The notes beneath the pieces are model-generated. The model did no database searches, was not told where the DNA came from, and saw only the letters and a program-made list of their open reading frames with translations. A stretch of 64,000 nucleotides of DNA from Octopus bimaculoides (taxonomy: Eukaryota). This document shows positions 24,035-38,317 of this stretch, piece by piece. Position 1 is the first letter of the stretch. The number at the start of each line of letters is the position of its first letter. The stretch spans positions 62,752,827 to 62,816,826 of the forward strand of contig NC_068983.1 in NCBI RefSeq assembly GCF_001194135.2, written 5' to 3'. Made by a program: the position numbers and the translations under genes.

Positions 24035-24646
24035 GAGAGGTCATTCAAATTGTACATCTTAGTAGAGCGTTTCTACTTCTGTAGTAAGCCTTCCTCATTT
24101 ATTCATTAGAAGCGAACGCGACATCATTTCGTTCTTGACAGAGGAGAATTGCATGCTCTGTGACATCTAGAGAAGGTTGCAGGTTGTATAGAGAGACGAA
24201 ACCATTGACAAGATCATTAACCAAATACCCACATAGATCACCAGCAAGTGGAAAAGTTGATTCATGCGGATAGTCTGTTTGAGTTTACTGCACAACTAGA
24301 CTGTGATCACAATGGCTGAAGGTTTTGTATATAGGGAAATGTGAGCATCTTTGATAAAAGAAAATCTGGTAATAAGCAAATTGAGTCTGTCAGTAATGGT
24401 CCCCTATCCACCTGAATTGGCGGCCTCCAACTTGCACCTTTTTTCTCCAATAAAAGACATGCTTCCAAGACAATGATTAATGACACATGTGATGAAAATG
24501 ATTGTGAAGTAGTGGCAAAATATTGCACCACTGAATTTTTTTAAAGGAATATTCCAGAGTTAGATTGGATAATAGAGAAAATGCATTACTTATGATGGAC
24601 ACTATATTCAAAAGCACTTTTATGTTGCAATTTGAACGATCTACGT
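24035..24646 (+). mobile_element. Old internally deleted mariner element with both TIRs
   Basis: Left TIR GAGAGGTCATTCAAATTGTACAT; right TIR ATGTTGCAATTTGAACGATCTACG. Decayed transposase pieces: RDIISFLTEEN..DI*RRLQVV (HTH), PYPPELAASNLHLFSPIK (YSPDLAPSD region) and KCITYDGHYIQK (C-terminus). Confidence 0.65.
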
Positions 24647-24911
24647 GTGTGAATAAAACAATTATGGCAATTTTTGCTATGTTTTCGGTAGAACTACCAT
24701 ATTGTAAAGTTGCTATTGTTAACATCTGGTCGACTGTGTTGAGAAAGATTCATTAATAAGGACGTTCAAGCCTTTTTATATTTCTAGACATTCATCGTCC
24801 GACCAGTGTTTTCTTTACTTTCCTTTTAAGATGATAGGCTATGTCTATGTAAATGTTCTCTAGAAAGTAGATGCTTTCTTGGTAATATTATGTTGTATAG
24901 TGTAATGAATT

Positions 24912-25236
24912 ATCTTGTCATGGCACTCCGTTGGTTACAACGACGAGGGTTCCAGTTGATACGATCAACGGAACAGCCTGCTTGTGAAGTTAACGTGCAA
25001 GGGGCTGAGCACTCCACAGAAACATCTACCCTCTTAAATACAGGTACAGCAGGAAGAAAGAGAGAAAGTTCTGGTGAAAGTGTACAGCAGGGTTTGCCAC
25101 CACCTCCCGCCAGGGCCTCGTAGAGTTTTAGGTATGTTCGCTCAATAAATACTCACAACGCCCAGTCTAGGAATCGAAGCCGCGATCCTACGATCGCAAG
25201 TCCGCTGCCCTAGCCACTCAGCCATTGGACCTCCAC
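24912..25236 (-). mobile_element. SINE family A, internally deleted, with TSD
   Basis: Aligns to the 17040-17428 copy with a central deletion. Exact 10-bp TSD GTAATGAATT at 24902-24911 and 25237-25246. Confidence 0.85.
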
Positions 25237-25406
25237 GTAATGAATTTTAATACAGAGACGTGCAGTGTTTTATTTTGTGAGGTGAAATTTTATCACAATA
25301 TATCAGAGAGGTGTTTGTCTGATACTGCTACAATATGTATTAGCATATTCTATAATTTAGTGTTGCATAATATAACATTAAGGTATAATGCACTGCATTG
25401 CAGTGG

Positions 25407-25620
25407 AGCAGCGAGCTGGAAGAGTCGTTAGCATGCCGAGCGAAATACTTAGTGGTATTTTGTCTGTTTTTACGTTCTTAGTTCAAATCCCGTCCAGGCC
25501 GACTTTGCTTTTCCTCCTTTCGGGGGCGATAAATTGAGTACCAGTTGCGCACTCTGCTCGATCTAATCGACTGGCCTCCTCCACCAAAATTTCGAGCCTT
25601 GTGCCTAAAGTAGAAAAGAG
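25407..25620 (+). mobile_element. SINE family B, near full length
   Basis: GCGAGCTGGAAGAGTCGTTAGCATGCCGAGCGAAAT..GTTCAAATCCCG..GAGCCTTGTGCCTAAAGTAGAAAAGAG. Confidence 0.85.
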
Positions 25621-27454
25621 TATAATTTACTTAAATTTAAAACTTAGAAGAGTGTAATGAAGTACAGACAGTGAGAAGGAGCGTATTGACCAGAAGTGTA
25701 TTATATTTTAGAACAATGACGTAATATCTTATATCCTGGAATGAAGCGTATTGAGGAGAAATGCAAGGAAGTCTAGTGCAAAGTAAAATATTGTAGATTA
25801 CTTTAGTCAAGATTATCGGCCATTAGCAAAACAGTAGGGTATACTACCCTCCTCCTTCTCCTCCTCCTGGTCATGATGATGATGATGATCATCATCATCA
25901 TCATCATCATCATCGTCATCATTATCATCTACAAAAGTACTAAGTAGCAACTGGCTGTGTCAAATCGGACGATATGTTCAGTGTTGTATTTAAGTTGAGG
26001 GTTTTTTTATACAGTTTCCGTTTATCCAATTACCGAGAAGGCATTGGTTGTCGATTCAGCTCTTATGGCAGAATATACTAATACAAAATGCTCTATTTGC
26101 TGGAACAAAATATGATTATGAAACGAACATTTTAGCAAATCGACTATTTTGTATGTCTAATATGCGATAAAAGAACATTTACCGCCACTGAGATTCAGTT
26201 CAGAAATGCCTAGAGAAAATTTTTAAGTAGTGGCAATAGTGTACAGATATTCTAAAGGCGTAAATGTACTAAAAAGTAATATAAACACGTCAGCAATGAG
26301 ACTCGATCAGTTTGAAGGTAGCAGCAGAATCTACTTAAGTCACTGGTCGCCACTGTAAATTAAGGACGGATACATCAGAGAAAAAAATTCAATGCCAGTA
26401 ACATTGATAATAACTACTCAGGGAAAACTGAGCTAAGACTGAGCAACTACGATAACGACAACAACACTTGAGAGTGTGTATGCTATGCCGGTCTGTTTGC
26501 GCTCCCCACTCTAGATGAACAAGAGAATTAATTGAAATCAACACATGACAGCAATATGTGGGATCATTTTTAACTTTTGTACACAGTGACATTTTAATGA
26601 AAGAGTCTTTACAAAGATGCACGACCTGCTAAAGACTGCAACAAAATCTCACTTAAAAAGCACTCTACTTTCTTGTAAACAAAGACCACATTATAGATTA
26701 TATTTCTAGATCTTTTGTTCTCAACAGGTTCCATATAATATGGCCCCTGAAGGTCAATATAAGATTTGGGGGGTTCCACGTAACAATAGTAAATTGGAAA
26801 TCCAAAATAGTAATTTAAGGGCCTTGTTTTGTATCGCAAGAAACAATTAGGTTTCTTTCTCTGACATTTTACCTAGTTCAATCGACACAAGTTAATGTGT
26901 GAAAAACAAAATAGGAATTTTGAAAGAGGTTTCTAGAAAAATAGTTTCTAAGTATCGAATGTCTATGGGGGTACACCAGAATAAAATAGTAATCAAAGGG
27001 GTCCATAGACAAAATGAAATTGTTAAAAATCCCCTATTATAGACAGTCAATGTTCGAGAAAAGTACAGATTGATTATGGTTTGAATACATTTATCCATGG
27101 TGTCTGTTCACTAAAAAACGACTCTGCATGTTACATTTATCAAATAACATCAAAACGTGGAAATTTACTTCAGATATTATAAAACTTTTTACAAATATTC
27201 TATAGTTTCAATCAAATAGACTGTACCAGCCAAGGGAAGTATCTGGAATGTTTTGAAGTACAGTGACTTGAGGATAAAATTTAATGTCAATATTTGCCTC
27301 TTCACATTCAAATAAACAACCGTAGACATATCGATATGTTGATGCAAATGTGGGGAAGAAATTCTATATAAGTAAAGACGAGAATATACAGTGAAAGTAT
27401 ATACAGTGAAAGTATATACCAAAAATGAAATAATAATAATAAAATTATAATAAC

Positions 27455-27511
<57 letters not shown>

Positions 27512-27512
<1 letters not shown>

Positions 27513-27987
27513 GCCCTGATGCAGTACCAGGCAGTAGCTCTCATGGCTTCTGACCTTAAATGATTGGAAGTGTTATCATGTACATTGTTTTGTCACAGTT
27601 TTGCTTGTCAGTTGTTTGACTTTAACCATTTCAGTATGTTCCTTAGTGGCTGACGATATATGATTCTCTCATCACGTGCAGAAGTAGTGGGGGAGTTTTA
27701 TAGCCATGTGTTGAGAGGAATTCGTTGGGGCTTGAATAATTCATCTCTGGAAACATGGATGTTTCATTCAACATCTATAAACAACCCTATTCAAGGACCT
27801 TTTGAGAACGATGGACTACACGATCTGAAGAAAATACTAACTGGTCCCCACTTGCAAGGTTATGCGCTGGTCATCTTGATATAAAATCACCATGTCGCCT
27901 AGGTATGTCTATGATGCATGTGCCAAGTGTACCCTTATGAGACGGGTAGTCATGATGAGTATATTGGGCTTCGTATATTTTTACGCA
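27512..27987 (-). mobile_element. Retroposon family D copy, (AAT)n at left, truncated by SINE B at right
   Basis: Colinear with 8819-9372 apart from a small deletion. Immediately followed by a minus-strand SINE B 3' end (~27995-28090). Confidence 0.75.
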
Positions 27988-28104
27988 AGCGTTAAAAAAA
28001 AAGAGCTAGGAATAATAAGGGTCCTTTCTACTAAAGGCACAAGGCCTGAAATTTTGAGGGAGGAGACTAGTCGATTCCATCGACTCCACTGCTTTTCCTA
28101 TACT

Positions 28105-28129
28105 GACACACACACACACATATATATAC

Positions 28130-28216
<87 letters not shown>

Positions 28217-28331
28217 TGTGTGTGCGTATATGTATGCGTGCGTGTCTGTGTGCGTGTCTGTGTGCGTGTCTGTGTGTGCTTGCATATAGAGAGACATACA
28301 GAATACAGAGAGAGAAAGAGAGAGGGGTGGT

Positions 28332-28403
<72 letters not shown>

Positions 28404-28425
28404 GAGAGAGAGAGAGATAGAGAGG
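28105..28425. repeat. Compound (CA)n-(TA)n-(GA)n microsatellite
   Basis: Direct reading. Confidence 0.95.
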
Positions 28426-29544
28426 GGATGAATTTCTTCGAAGCTGATGGTTTAAACTGTCGCCACTCAGAATTATTCACTACACGATATAATCAGGTGG
28501 ACAACAATATAAGATCACATATTTGTTGTCTCAACATCTGACTTTGTATAAAAAAGAAAGTGAGAAAGGAATGTATACTCAGCCACTTATGAAGATGGAT
28601 AAAATTGCAGATATATGTTTGTTAATGCGCACACTTAGAGTTATATCGGAAAACCCGACTATATTAACTAACTGAAGATACAGTGTAATGGTAATTTAAA
28701 AGAAAGATAAAGTAAGAATTAATGGCATATGAAAGTGAAGTTGCGTAAAATTTTATTCTGTCGACAAAAATGCAGTTTCTTACAGCAAATAAGAGTCTGA
28801 GTAGAGGCTAATTATGGTTCTTAACATTGAAATGTTGGCAACATCTGCTTAGTTTCCACGGCGAGGCTAATTATTATGTTTATTAACTTGTTTTATGTTA
28901 CATCTGAAATCATTAAAGAAACGCAGTAAAGTGCACTATTAACTAATTAATAACGGAATTAATCAAGGATGTTTTCTTTATTGATTTAATATGCAGCTTG
29001 ATAGATTCAGTTAACATTCCGCTGAAACTATTTTAAGTTCACCGCTCAAACATTATGAAGGGAGTGATTTTCAGAGAAACGTTCTGGGAAAGGCTAAATG
29101 ATTAAGCCTAGTGATTATTATGAGGCCAGATGTGTGAAGATTTTACGGTCGACGATCAAATAGATGTGCATGAGTGGAGTGGAACGAGACCAATTATATC
29201 GCCGGAGAAGTTATGAAGTAACAGATGAATCTATTACTGATTTATGGTTACTTTTCTGATCAAAAAATAAACCTATAAACTTCTTAATATTTCTTAATTA
29301 TTCAATGTTTAACTATTACTTGAAATGTAAGACTATCGTATACCCAACTCCACTATAATTATACCATCGTATTATTTCATAATTTTATTATGGTATTTTT
29401 ATGTTTGTATTGGTAGCATATGGATATAGTTTAAACTTATACACTTCTTAGCAAGTATATATTAAGATGTGTGAGCGCGCATTTAAGCATATATTCAATT
29501 TTCCCCATACACCGGTTAAATATATAAGTAACATTTCTTATGAA

Positions 29545-29790
29545 TCAGCAAAACACAAAAACATCGCAGATGTGCATGTAGCTGTGAGAGTAAATCGTCG
29601 AATCATCATCCGTGAGCTATCAGACGATATGTAAGTTAGTTCAGTCGATTATCATTGAAGATGTGGGTATGAGACTCGTGTCTGCCTAGTTGTGCCAAAA
29701 CTACTTTCAGCTGACCAAAATAACAGTCGGGTTTCAGTTGCACAAAATATCCTCGATTGTGTCGAAAGCGATGGAAACTTTAAGAAACTT
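29545..29790 (+). mobile_element. Mariner transposase relic (second HTH and linker)
   Basis: KNIADVHVAVRVNRRIIIRELSDDM..EDVGMRLVSA..VPKLLSADQNNSRVSVAQNILDCVESDGNF, with stops and frameshifts. Confidence 0.7.
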
Positions 29791-30253
29791 TGCGTAGGTC
29801 TCTGGGCAGGTATCGCCAAGCTTTTAGTAAAATTTGATGCAGATTCTCTGCTCAACTTTCTCTGTCATGGTCAATGCTACACACCTTCCTTCCAAGCACT
29901 GCTGTAAACAAGAGAAGTGAGCTAGAACGTTAAAACTCAGTGCACCTGCACAGCAAAGCTTGAGATCAATCTGTGCCAGGCTGCTTTACTCTGCGTGCTT
30001 TAGCTTCGTTACTATGACAAAAGTCCGGATACTCATTGATCCGACCACGTAGAATTTTCTTCTCTCATAGATTTATCATATTTCCCCAATATATTTGAAA
30101 GTTTAATTTTATTATTGAATTTGATTCATTTCAGTTTTTTTATCTACATTTTATTCCAGCGTGAACATGCGATCATTAAACGACCGAAACAGGTAGCTGC
30201 TTAGTTTAAAATGTACATATTGTCTTTCTGTTCTCTATGATAAAGTTTCTCTA

Positions 30254-30293
<40 letters not shown>

Positions 30294-30791
30294 NNNNNNN
30301 NNNNNNNNNNNNNNNNNNNNNNNNNNNNNNNNNNNNNNNNNNNNNNNNNNNNNNNNNNNNNNNNNNNNNNNNNNNNNNNNNNNNNNNNNNNNNNNNNNNN
30401 NNNNNNNNNNNNNNNNNNNNNNNNNNNNNNNNNNNNNNNNNNNNNNNNNNNNNNNNNNNNNNNNNNNNNNNNNNNNNNNNNNNNNNNNNNNNNNNNNNNN
30501 NNNNNNNNNNNNNNNNNNNNNNNNNNNNNNNNNNNNNNNNNNNNNNNNNNNNNNNNNNNNNNNNNNNNNNNNNNNNNNNNNNNNNNNNNNNNNNNNNNNN
30601 NNNNNNNNNNNNNNNNNNNNNNNNNNNNNNNNNNNNNNNNNNNNNNNNNNNNNNNNNNNNNNNNNNNNNNNNNNNNNNNNNNNNNNNNNNNNNNNNNNNN
30701 NNNNNNNNNNNNNNNNNNNNNNNNNNNNNNNNNNNNNNNNNNNNNNNNNNNNNNNNNNNNNNNNNNNNNNNNNNNNNNNNNNNNNNNNNNN

Positions 30792-30955
30792 TCTTTTACT
30801 TGCCGTCATGCTGGACCGCCGCCTTTAGTCGAACATATCGACCCCGGTACTTTTTCTTTGTAAGTCTAGTATCTATTCTATCGGTTACTTTTGCCGAACT
30901 GCTAGCTTACGTGTATGTAAACACACCAACACCGGTTGTCAAGCGATGGGGGAAA
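30792..30955 (-). mobile_element. SINE family C, 3' half
   Basis: CATGCTGGACCGCCGCCTTTAGTCGAAC..CTATTCTATCGGTTACTTTTGCCGAACTGCTAGCTTACG..GTAAACACACCAACACCGGTTGTCAAGCG. Confidence 0.75.
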
Positions 30956-31876
30956 GACAAACACAGATGCACAAATACATACATACACACACACATATAT
31001 ATTACATTGAAAAATACGAGCAAGAAAATAATATTTATAAGATTATAAATTTGGAAAAGTTATTGCACTTGGAAAAGTTCAGGACAAGTTTTTGCATCTG
31101 GTAAAATACGGAACAAGAAAATTTCTCTCTCTCTCTCTCTCTCCCTCCCTCCCCCCTCTCACTCTCTCTCAGACACACACACAAACACACACACACATAC
31201 ACGCACAACACGCTTTCTCTCTCGCACCCCTCATTAACACACACATGTCCATGACTATTTCCTCTCTCTTTCACTTTATGCTGACTTCAAAAAAATGTAC
31301 ATTTTCATGGACAAAAATGAATAAATAAAATTTTTTTACGGAATTTACCGAACACCGTAAGGTAACAGATTTTGCTTTTATTAATAATATTGACGTTGAT
31401 CCAATTGTTGTTAGTGTTATTGAGTTTGTCATGTTTTGTGGTATTGTCGTTTTGTTTAAAACGAAAGATTGGCAAAATGGCTAGGCTATTGCCAAAATTT
31501 CTAAATGATATTTTAATTTTTTCATTTTTTTTATATAATTGCATTAACTAATAAAGATGACGAAATTAAACTAATTGCAAATTAGCGGTGTCATTGATAA
31601 TTTTTTTCTTACCTCAATGATGCCAGTGACATGTATCAAAAATCCCTTATAGAACTATATTCATAAAAAAAGCATAGTATCACTCGCAAATTTGAGAAAC
31701 AAACACTCATAAATTTCGTTATAAAATTTCATTACATGAGATTGATACCATGAAATTCCTCGAATAGTGCTCTATCATTTAAGATTAATTAAAATATAGT
31801 TTGTTTTTAAAATACAGAAGTTGATTATACTTAAATCCAATTTTTTGCCTTATATTTTTGCTTATGATATTTTATG

Positions 31877-31879
<3 letters not shown>

Positions 31880-31936
<57 letters not shown>

Positions 31937-32520
31937 CTTACCTATCTCCCCCTCCCGTTCTGCTTCCTTCTCTTGTCCTTGATTCCCCCTATCACTGCTA
32001 TACATATCTCTCTCTTACTCCTCCTCCTCCCTGTCTCTCGTCGCTCACCTTCGTTCCACTTCCTCCCTTTTCCTCCCTCCACCAATCCTCTTTGCTCACA
32101 TGTGACCTGCGGTCACTTCTTTTCTCACCCCAGCCGGCATAAAGGCAAGACGAAACTACTATTTCTCCGTCCAGCTTCGTCATATCACAAGCGTTCAATA
32201 CCTCATCGCGTTTGGCCCTAAGGCCTTTTAATGTTGTTTTCACTGTCTAATATTTCCTGTCTTGGTTTGTGTTTGCTACTTTGGAAGCCTCTGTTTAGTG
32301 GGTTAATCCACTACTCAGGAAGAACTATTCTAAGAGTGCATCCCGCTATATCTTCGAAACACCTAGTTTAGAATAGAGGCAGCTGATGAAGGAATAATTC
32401 CATAAGTGGCCTGTCTGTTTTCTTGTGTTCGTTCTGTTGCCTGCAAACAAAGTCCGGTTTTGTTTTTTATGTCCCCGTTCACTTTTCTGACGTCCTGTAC
32501 CCGGATATGCATCTATATAT
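31880..32520 (+). mobile_element. Probable PLE pseudo-LTR fragment with two tandem decayed hammerhead motifs
   Basis: C/T-rich region, then CTA-CTCAGGA-A-GAA..TTC-GAAAC-ACCTA-GTT-TAG (32311-32371) and GGCAG-CTGATGA-A-GGAA-TAA-TTCC..CTGTC (32378-32415), then a T-rich tail and (TA)n. Confidence 0.55.
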
Positions 32521-32842
32521 ACATGTAGATGTAGGTATGTACATATATGTATCTATACATGCATATGCTCATATATCAATTGTATTATTATTATACATAT
32601 ATATATACATANNNNNNNNNNNNNNNNNNNNNNNNNNNNNNNNNNNNNNNNNNNNNNNNNNNNNNNNNNNNNNNNNNNNNNNNNNNNNNNNNNNNNNNNN
32701 NNNNNNNNNNNNNNNNNNNNNNNNNNNNNNNNNNNNNNNNNNNNNNNNNNNNNNNNNNNNNNNNNNNNNNNNNNNNNNNNNNNNNNNNNNNNNNNNNNNN
32801 NNNNNNNNNNNNNNNNNNNNNNNNNNNNNNNNNNNNNNNNNN

Positions 32843-32875
<33 letters not shown>

Positions 32876-33904
32876 ATCACTACACGACAACAGTCATATT
32901 ACTCTTTTATAACCTTTACTTGACCTCCTCAGATATCATATCTCATTTGAACCATAGAGCTGTACGCCACTTATATTTCTGTAGAAAAAGTAATGATAAC
33001 AAAATAACATAAAGCATAATCGAATATTATAAATATAACTTCCTGTCATTGTCAACCATTTTTGAAAAGTCCACTCATGACGTGGAGTATTATGTGACAT
33101 AGACTGTTCTTTAAACCTTGCCATTTTATACCAACCAAGCGAAGCACAGTTTCTTTCGGATACCATCTGCCAGTTCTCATAGACTTACAACAATCTAATC
33201 AGCCCCGCCCGGTCTACTCCACAGTTAGCGTTTTTCTTTATAACTTAATGTTTTATTATTTTTTTTCTTTCTGTTCTACTCACCATTGATATTATAATCG
33301 TTCATATTGTTAATATTGCTTTTACTTTTATTAATAATATTGACGTTGATCCAATTGTTGTTAGTGTTATTGAGTTTGTTTTGTTTTGTCGTATTGTCGT
33401 TTTGTTTGTCATTTAATTTTTCATTGTTTTTTTTCTTTTTGAGTAACATTGACTTTCTTTCGAGAGAAAGAGAGTCAACAAAATATTCATTCCTAGCCTG
33501 GTTTTCCCTTCTATACGTCTCCTTACAAAAGACAACATCAGACGATCATGCACAGCCGTGTTTCGGTATTCGACGGTTGCTGGGCAGCACATTTTGAAAT
33601 AGTGAAATAGATAAAAATAGACAAACAAGTAAATAAATAAAAAGCCATCTTCAAACGAAAATATAAAATATGAAGAGGAACACAACTACTAAATTTATTG
33701 TCGTACTGCATTTCGATTCTCCTATATCTAATGGGAGACACAAACACACGCACACACACACTGACACACAAACACACACACACACACTGACATACAAACA
33801 CACACACACAAATACACGCGTGCATATACGCATATATGAGTGTGTGTGTGTGTATACACGCAAGCACACAGTATATAAGTGTATACGTATGTGATTTTTT
33901 ATGA

Positions 33905-33915
33905 GACGATCTATC

Positions 33916-33946
<31 letters not shown>

Positions 33947-33996
33947 CTATCTACCTATCTATCTATCTATCTACCTATCTATCTATCAATCAATCA

Positions 33997-34052
<56 letters not shown>
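33905..34052. repeat. (TCTA)n microsatellite
   Basis: Direct reading. Confidence 0.95.
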
Positions 34053-34053
<1 letters not shown>

Positions 34054-34135
34054 CCCATCTCTACCTCTATCTCACTCTTTCGATACATATATATATATAT
34101 ATATATATACATTAATATAATTTGGGTTAAAAACT

Positions 34136-34218
<83 letters not shown>

Positions 34219-34244
34219 TTCTGTCTGTTTACTTCCCAACACTA

Positions 34245-34425
34245 CTTGCCAAGCAGTGGTTAGTTTGTTTACGTCCCCGTAACTTAGCTGTTCGGTAAAA
34301 TGAGGTGAGAGAATAAGTGCGAGACCCAAACAAAAAATATGTACTAGCGTCTTTTCATTCGACTAAAAAAGTCTTCAAGACCGTACTCCAGCATGGCGCT
34401 GTCTAATGATTGAAACAAGGAAAAA
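34245..34425 (+). mobile_element. SINE family C, 3' half
   Basis: GTTTACGTCCCCGTAACTTAGCTGTTCGGTAAAA..CGACTAAAAAAGTCTTCAAGACCGTACTCCAGCATGGC..AATGATTGAAACAAG. Confidence 0.7.
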
Positions 34426-34713
34426 TATAAAAAGCATAAAAAGTGTTGTTTCCAAAGCCCTTTTGCGAAGTTTCGGCTACTGAATGCTATCAATATAGTG
34501 GTCCTTTTTCAGTCACTGGATATACACGTGGAAAACTGTATGTGTCCGTTGCGTTTATATAAAGATATTAATAAGAGGAGATGGTTTAATGATGCTTTAT
34601 TACCTATCACTACAATTGAAGTGATATGAAATGAAGCATATTCAATCCACCTTCTCTTGTTAATATATATACATACATGCATAAATACATGCATACATAC
34701 ATGCATATATACA

Positions 34714-34744
<31 letters not shown>

Positions 34745-37581
34745 GTTTATATTTAATGTAGTCATTAGTTATGGCTGCCCAAGAAGTTATCATTGGGTTC
34801 GCACTTATAATGTAATATAAGCGACTCTCCAGACCTGCTGGTCAGAGGCACATGACCTTTCTGTCTGTCTTTCTGTCTCTCTCTCTTTCTTTATATATAT
34901 ATATATATATATATAGTAACAGAAAGGGAGGAACTTCGATTATCCCCACGTGGTGAGTTGTAATATAAGAAATTAAAAAAGGAAAATTCACACACTTTAC
35001 ATAGTTTTAGTATAATTTTTAATGTATTTTATATTGTGCTTGTCGACCGGTTTCAATTTCGCTAATCATGACATTAAAATTATTTTAAGATTCAATTGTC
35101 TGTGTATCTTTAATTTTCTCAGTCAGTAACACTCTCATTCAATGAGCCTGGCAGGTCAACTGATCCACCAACTTAATACTCAAGGCTCGCTCACAAACAA
35201 ACGTCATCCACGCTATACTATGACACTGTGTCAGTCATGCTTGATGTCCATAATTAGTGACTCTGAAACCATGTTGCAATATTATGTTTATGACCTACTT
35301 ATATTCAATGCACAGTCAGAACACATATCAGTCAAAATATAAATCAAAAACTACATCGCTAAACTTGTAATCACAGATAAGCTGTTCTCAATTTTAAGTG
35401 ACCATTGATAATAACTTTGGGGACATTTCATGCTAGTCATATATATGCAAATCTCTTTATCACACTTCTTTATCATTCGACATGCTAGATATCACTGTCA
35501 AATTTATCATTGTTCTTTATAGAAAAGGTTCCTCAAATAATGTAGTCGTAGTTACACTACGGCTGAATAAAATACACTTCAACTAATGTTGCTGTCGTGT
35601 CATACAATAATAACCACGACCACCTATCTAACTTGTAGCCAAGACTACATCCTTTAACACGGAGATTTCTTCTTCAGAATCAGAAAACTATTGCGATTTG
35701 ACTAGTTTATGATTGAACAAAACAAAATAATTCTGCCTGTCTCAAGAGTTCCCCTTGCTTAGTGAATTAATGATTTATAGAAAGCTGTATACACTTAAAT
35801 ATATTCAACAAAAAGCTATTTGTTAAAAAATTCTTAAAACAGCTTCTATGAAATTATGCGAGGAAAGTCAAATATTATTAAAAAGTTTCTCATAGATAAC
35901 CATTAAAATCTAAATATGTTCAATTCAATTAGTATAGAATTGTTACTTAACTATATGTTTTACTTGCAACATCTTTCAATAGCTTTCACTCCAAATTATA
36001 GTTCTTATGTTAGAAATCATTATAAATTATAGTTCTGACATATTCGAATAAAAGCTCTACTTTTGGAACAGTAGCTAAAAATCATTACAGAATAATTTTA
36101 TTTCATGAAAACAATGCTAGATCGACCCTCGAAATTGAGATTCATTGTATTACTCTAATGTGTGATAAAGTTATTAGGTGAATTTTAGGTTTTGTCTATA
36201 ACTATTTTTCGCAAAACTTCCCCAGATGAATCTTGATAAGTGTTTTTATATCTTCCCAGTATTAATTTCTTATATAGCCATTTGAATTAAATATTCTAGA
36301 AGAGAATCAATTCACCCCGGTATATAGCCGATATATGTGTTCAGTAATTTAGAAACTGTTGTCGATCTTCACGAGACATGAACTCAAAGACGAGTTACAT
36401 GAATCTGTTTGGTGTAGTCTATTCAATAAAATAATTTACTGACTTGGTCATCTCCAGTAGATTAAAGTAATGTCATACATGTTACATTTATATCTTCATA
36501 AATTGTATACATATGGCAAAAATAAAGTGAAATTGTTTACACCTTACTGGGTTCTGAAACGAAAACTGGTCAATATTTATAGTTTATATAAGCAAAGGTT
36601 TCAAGTATATTTACCACGGGATTTTGTGTCGTTCATGAGATGCTCTATTTTATTCCTGGATTTTTTACTATTTTCAAATCAAGGAGTCGCAGCATTTGCC
36701 AATTTAACGATGTAAATATATACTACATTCATTAACACAACTCTTCTTTTGCCTTCGAGATTTCCTTCATTTGTAAAATACCAACTCAATCGGCGTTTCA
36801 AAGTTTCTTTATAAGGTTTTATTTCTAACAAAGAAATAATCTACAATCAGGTGACCGTTGAAAACTAAAGGGAATTCCCTAATAATGTATTAGTTTGGTT
36901 GTGGCAGCAACGGTACAAGACACACTATTTAAGAAGGGCGCGCATGGACAAATATTATATGGGTAGTAGAAAAGGAACAGAGAAAACAGTACATCTGTAG
37001 ATTAATGTTTTTAGTTTGTTTTGGGGGTGCAGATTTGTTTAAAATTCGGATGACATTTTCAATGATTGTGCGTAGCGGTTGTACTTTGACGACCTGTGTA
37101 GCTATAAACTGAAATATTGTAAACATCTGAGGTGTGTAGAGTCAGAAGCCGAATAATTTCCAAATATTTTATAAAGATATCTATCCTAAATGGTCTAAAA
37201 TCAACTTAAATCAATATTTTTGACATTCATGAAAAGCACAGTTTAGCTTCATTAGATTCATATTCAATGATCCGTAGATACAAAGTCTGATTGATGCCTG
37301 GTGTCTCTTTTATTGTCGGTGTAAAAAAGGTGAATCAAGTTCACATATAAGGAACATTTTATGAAGCTCCTAGTTTGTGCTCATTTATGTTTGTATATGA
37401 TAGTTAAGTTTGAGTACAAACTTTTACGAAATAAGACGTAAAAGTTCATTATCCGTTGTTAGTTGAGACGCATAAGTTATATGGCCTCTCATTTATATTT
37501 AGATGTAACACAAAAACAATTTTTTATGTAACTAGTGTTAAAGATACTTTGCTTATTTAAACATCGATATAAACACACGCG

Positions 37582-37641
<60 letters not shown>

Positions 37642-37944
37642 AATACATACTTACATACATGCATACATACATGCATGCATTCATAGATCAGGTAATGAAA
37701 GTGTGACTTACACCAGACAAGATATTGCTTCGTGCAATCCACTTATCAGCAGGTTATCACACGAAATAGGAGATTCTCAACGGTGAATTACATAATAAAT
37801 ACTACAACACAAATATAACAACCTAAAAGACCCCTAATACAAATTGAATCGGAAAATAAATTGCGACAACCATAAAAGGAATAAATAGAAATTAAACACT
37901 GGAACAAGTTAATCAACAACATCACATGCGCGCGCGCACACACA

Positions 37945-38000
<56 letters not shown>

Positions 38001-38317
38001 AACACACTCTCTTACACACATAAACAGACACAAATGCACACACAAACGCACACACACGGGTATATAGCGCAATGAAATAATATAAGCAAAGTAAAACAAA
38101 GCAAGATTTTGATTTCCATAAATGTTACGGCACCATTCTGAGAAACGGAATTAAGGAAGCCGGAAAATAATTGAAAGATGAGAACTATAAATCTGGATCC
38201 GTTGNNNNNNNNNNNNNNNNNNNNNNNNNNNNNNNNNNNNNNNNNNNNNNNNNNNNNNNNNNNNNNNNNNNNNNNNNNNNNNNNNNNNNNNNNNNACACA
38301 CACACACACAAACACAG

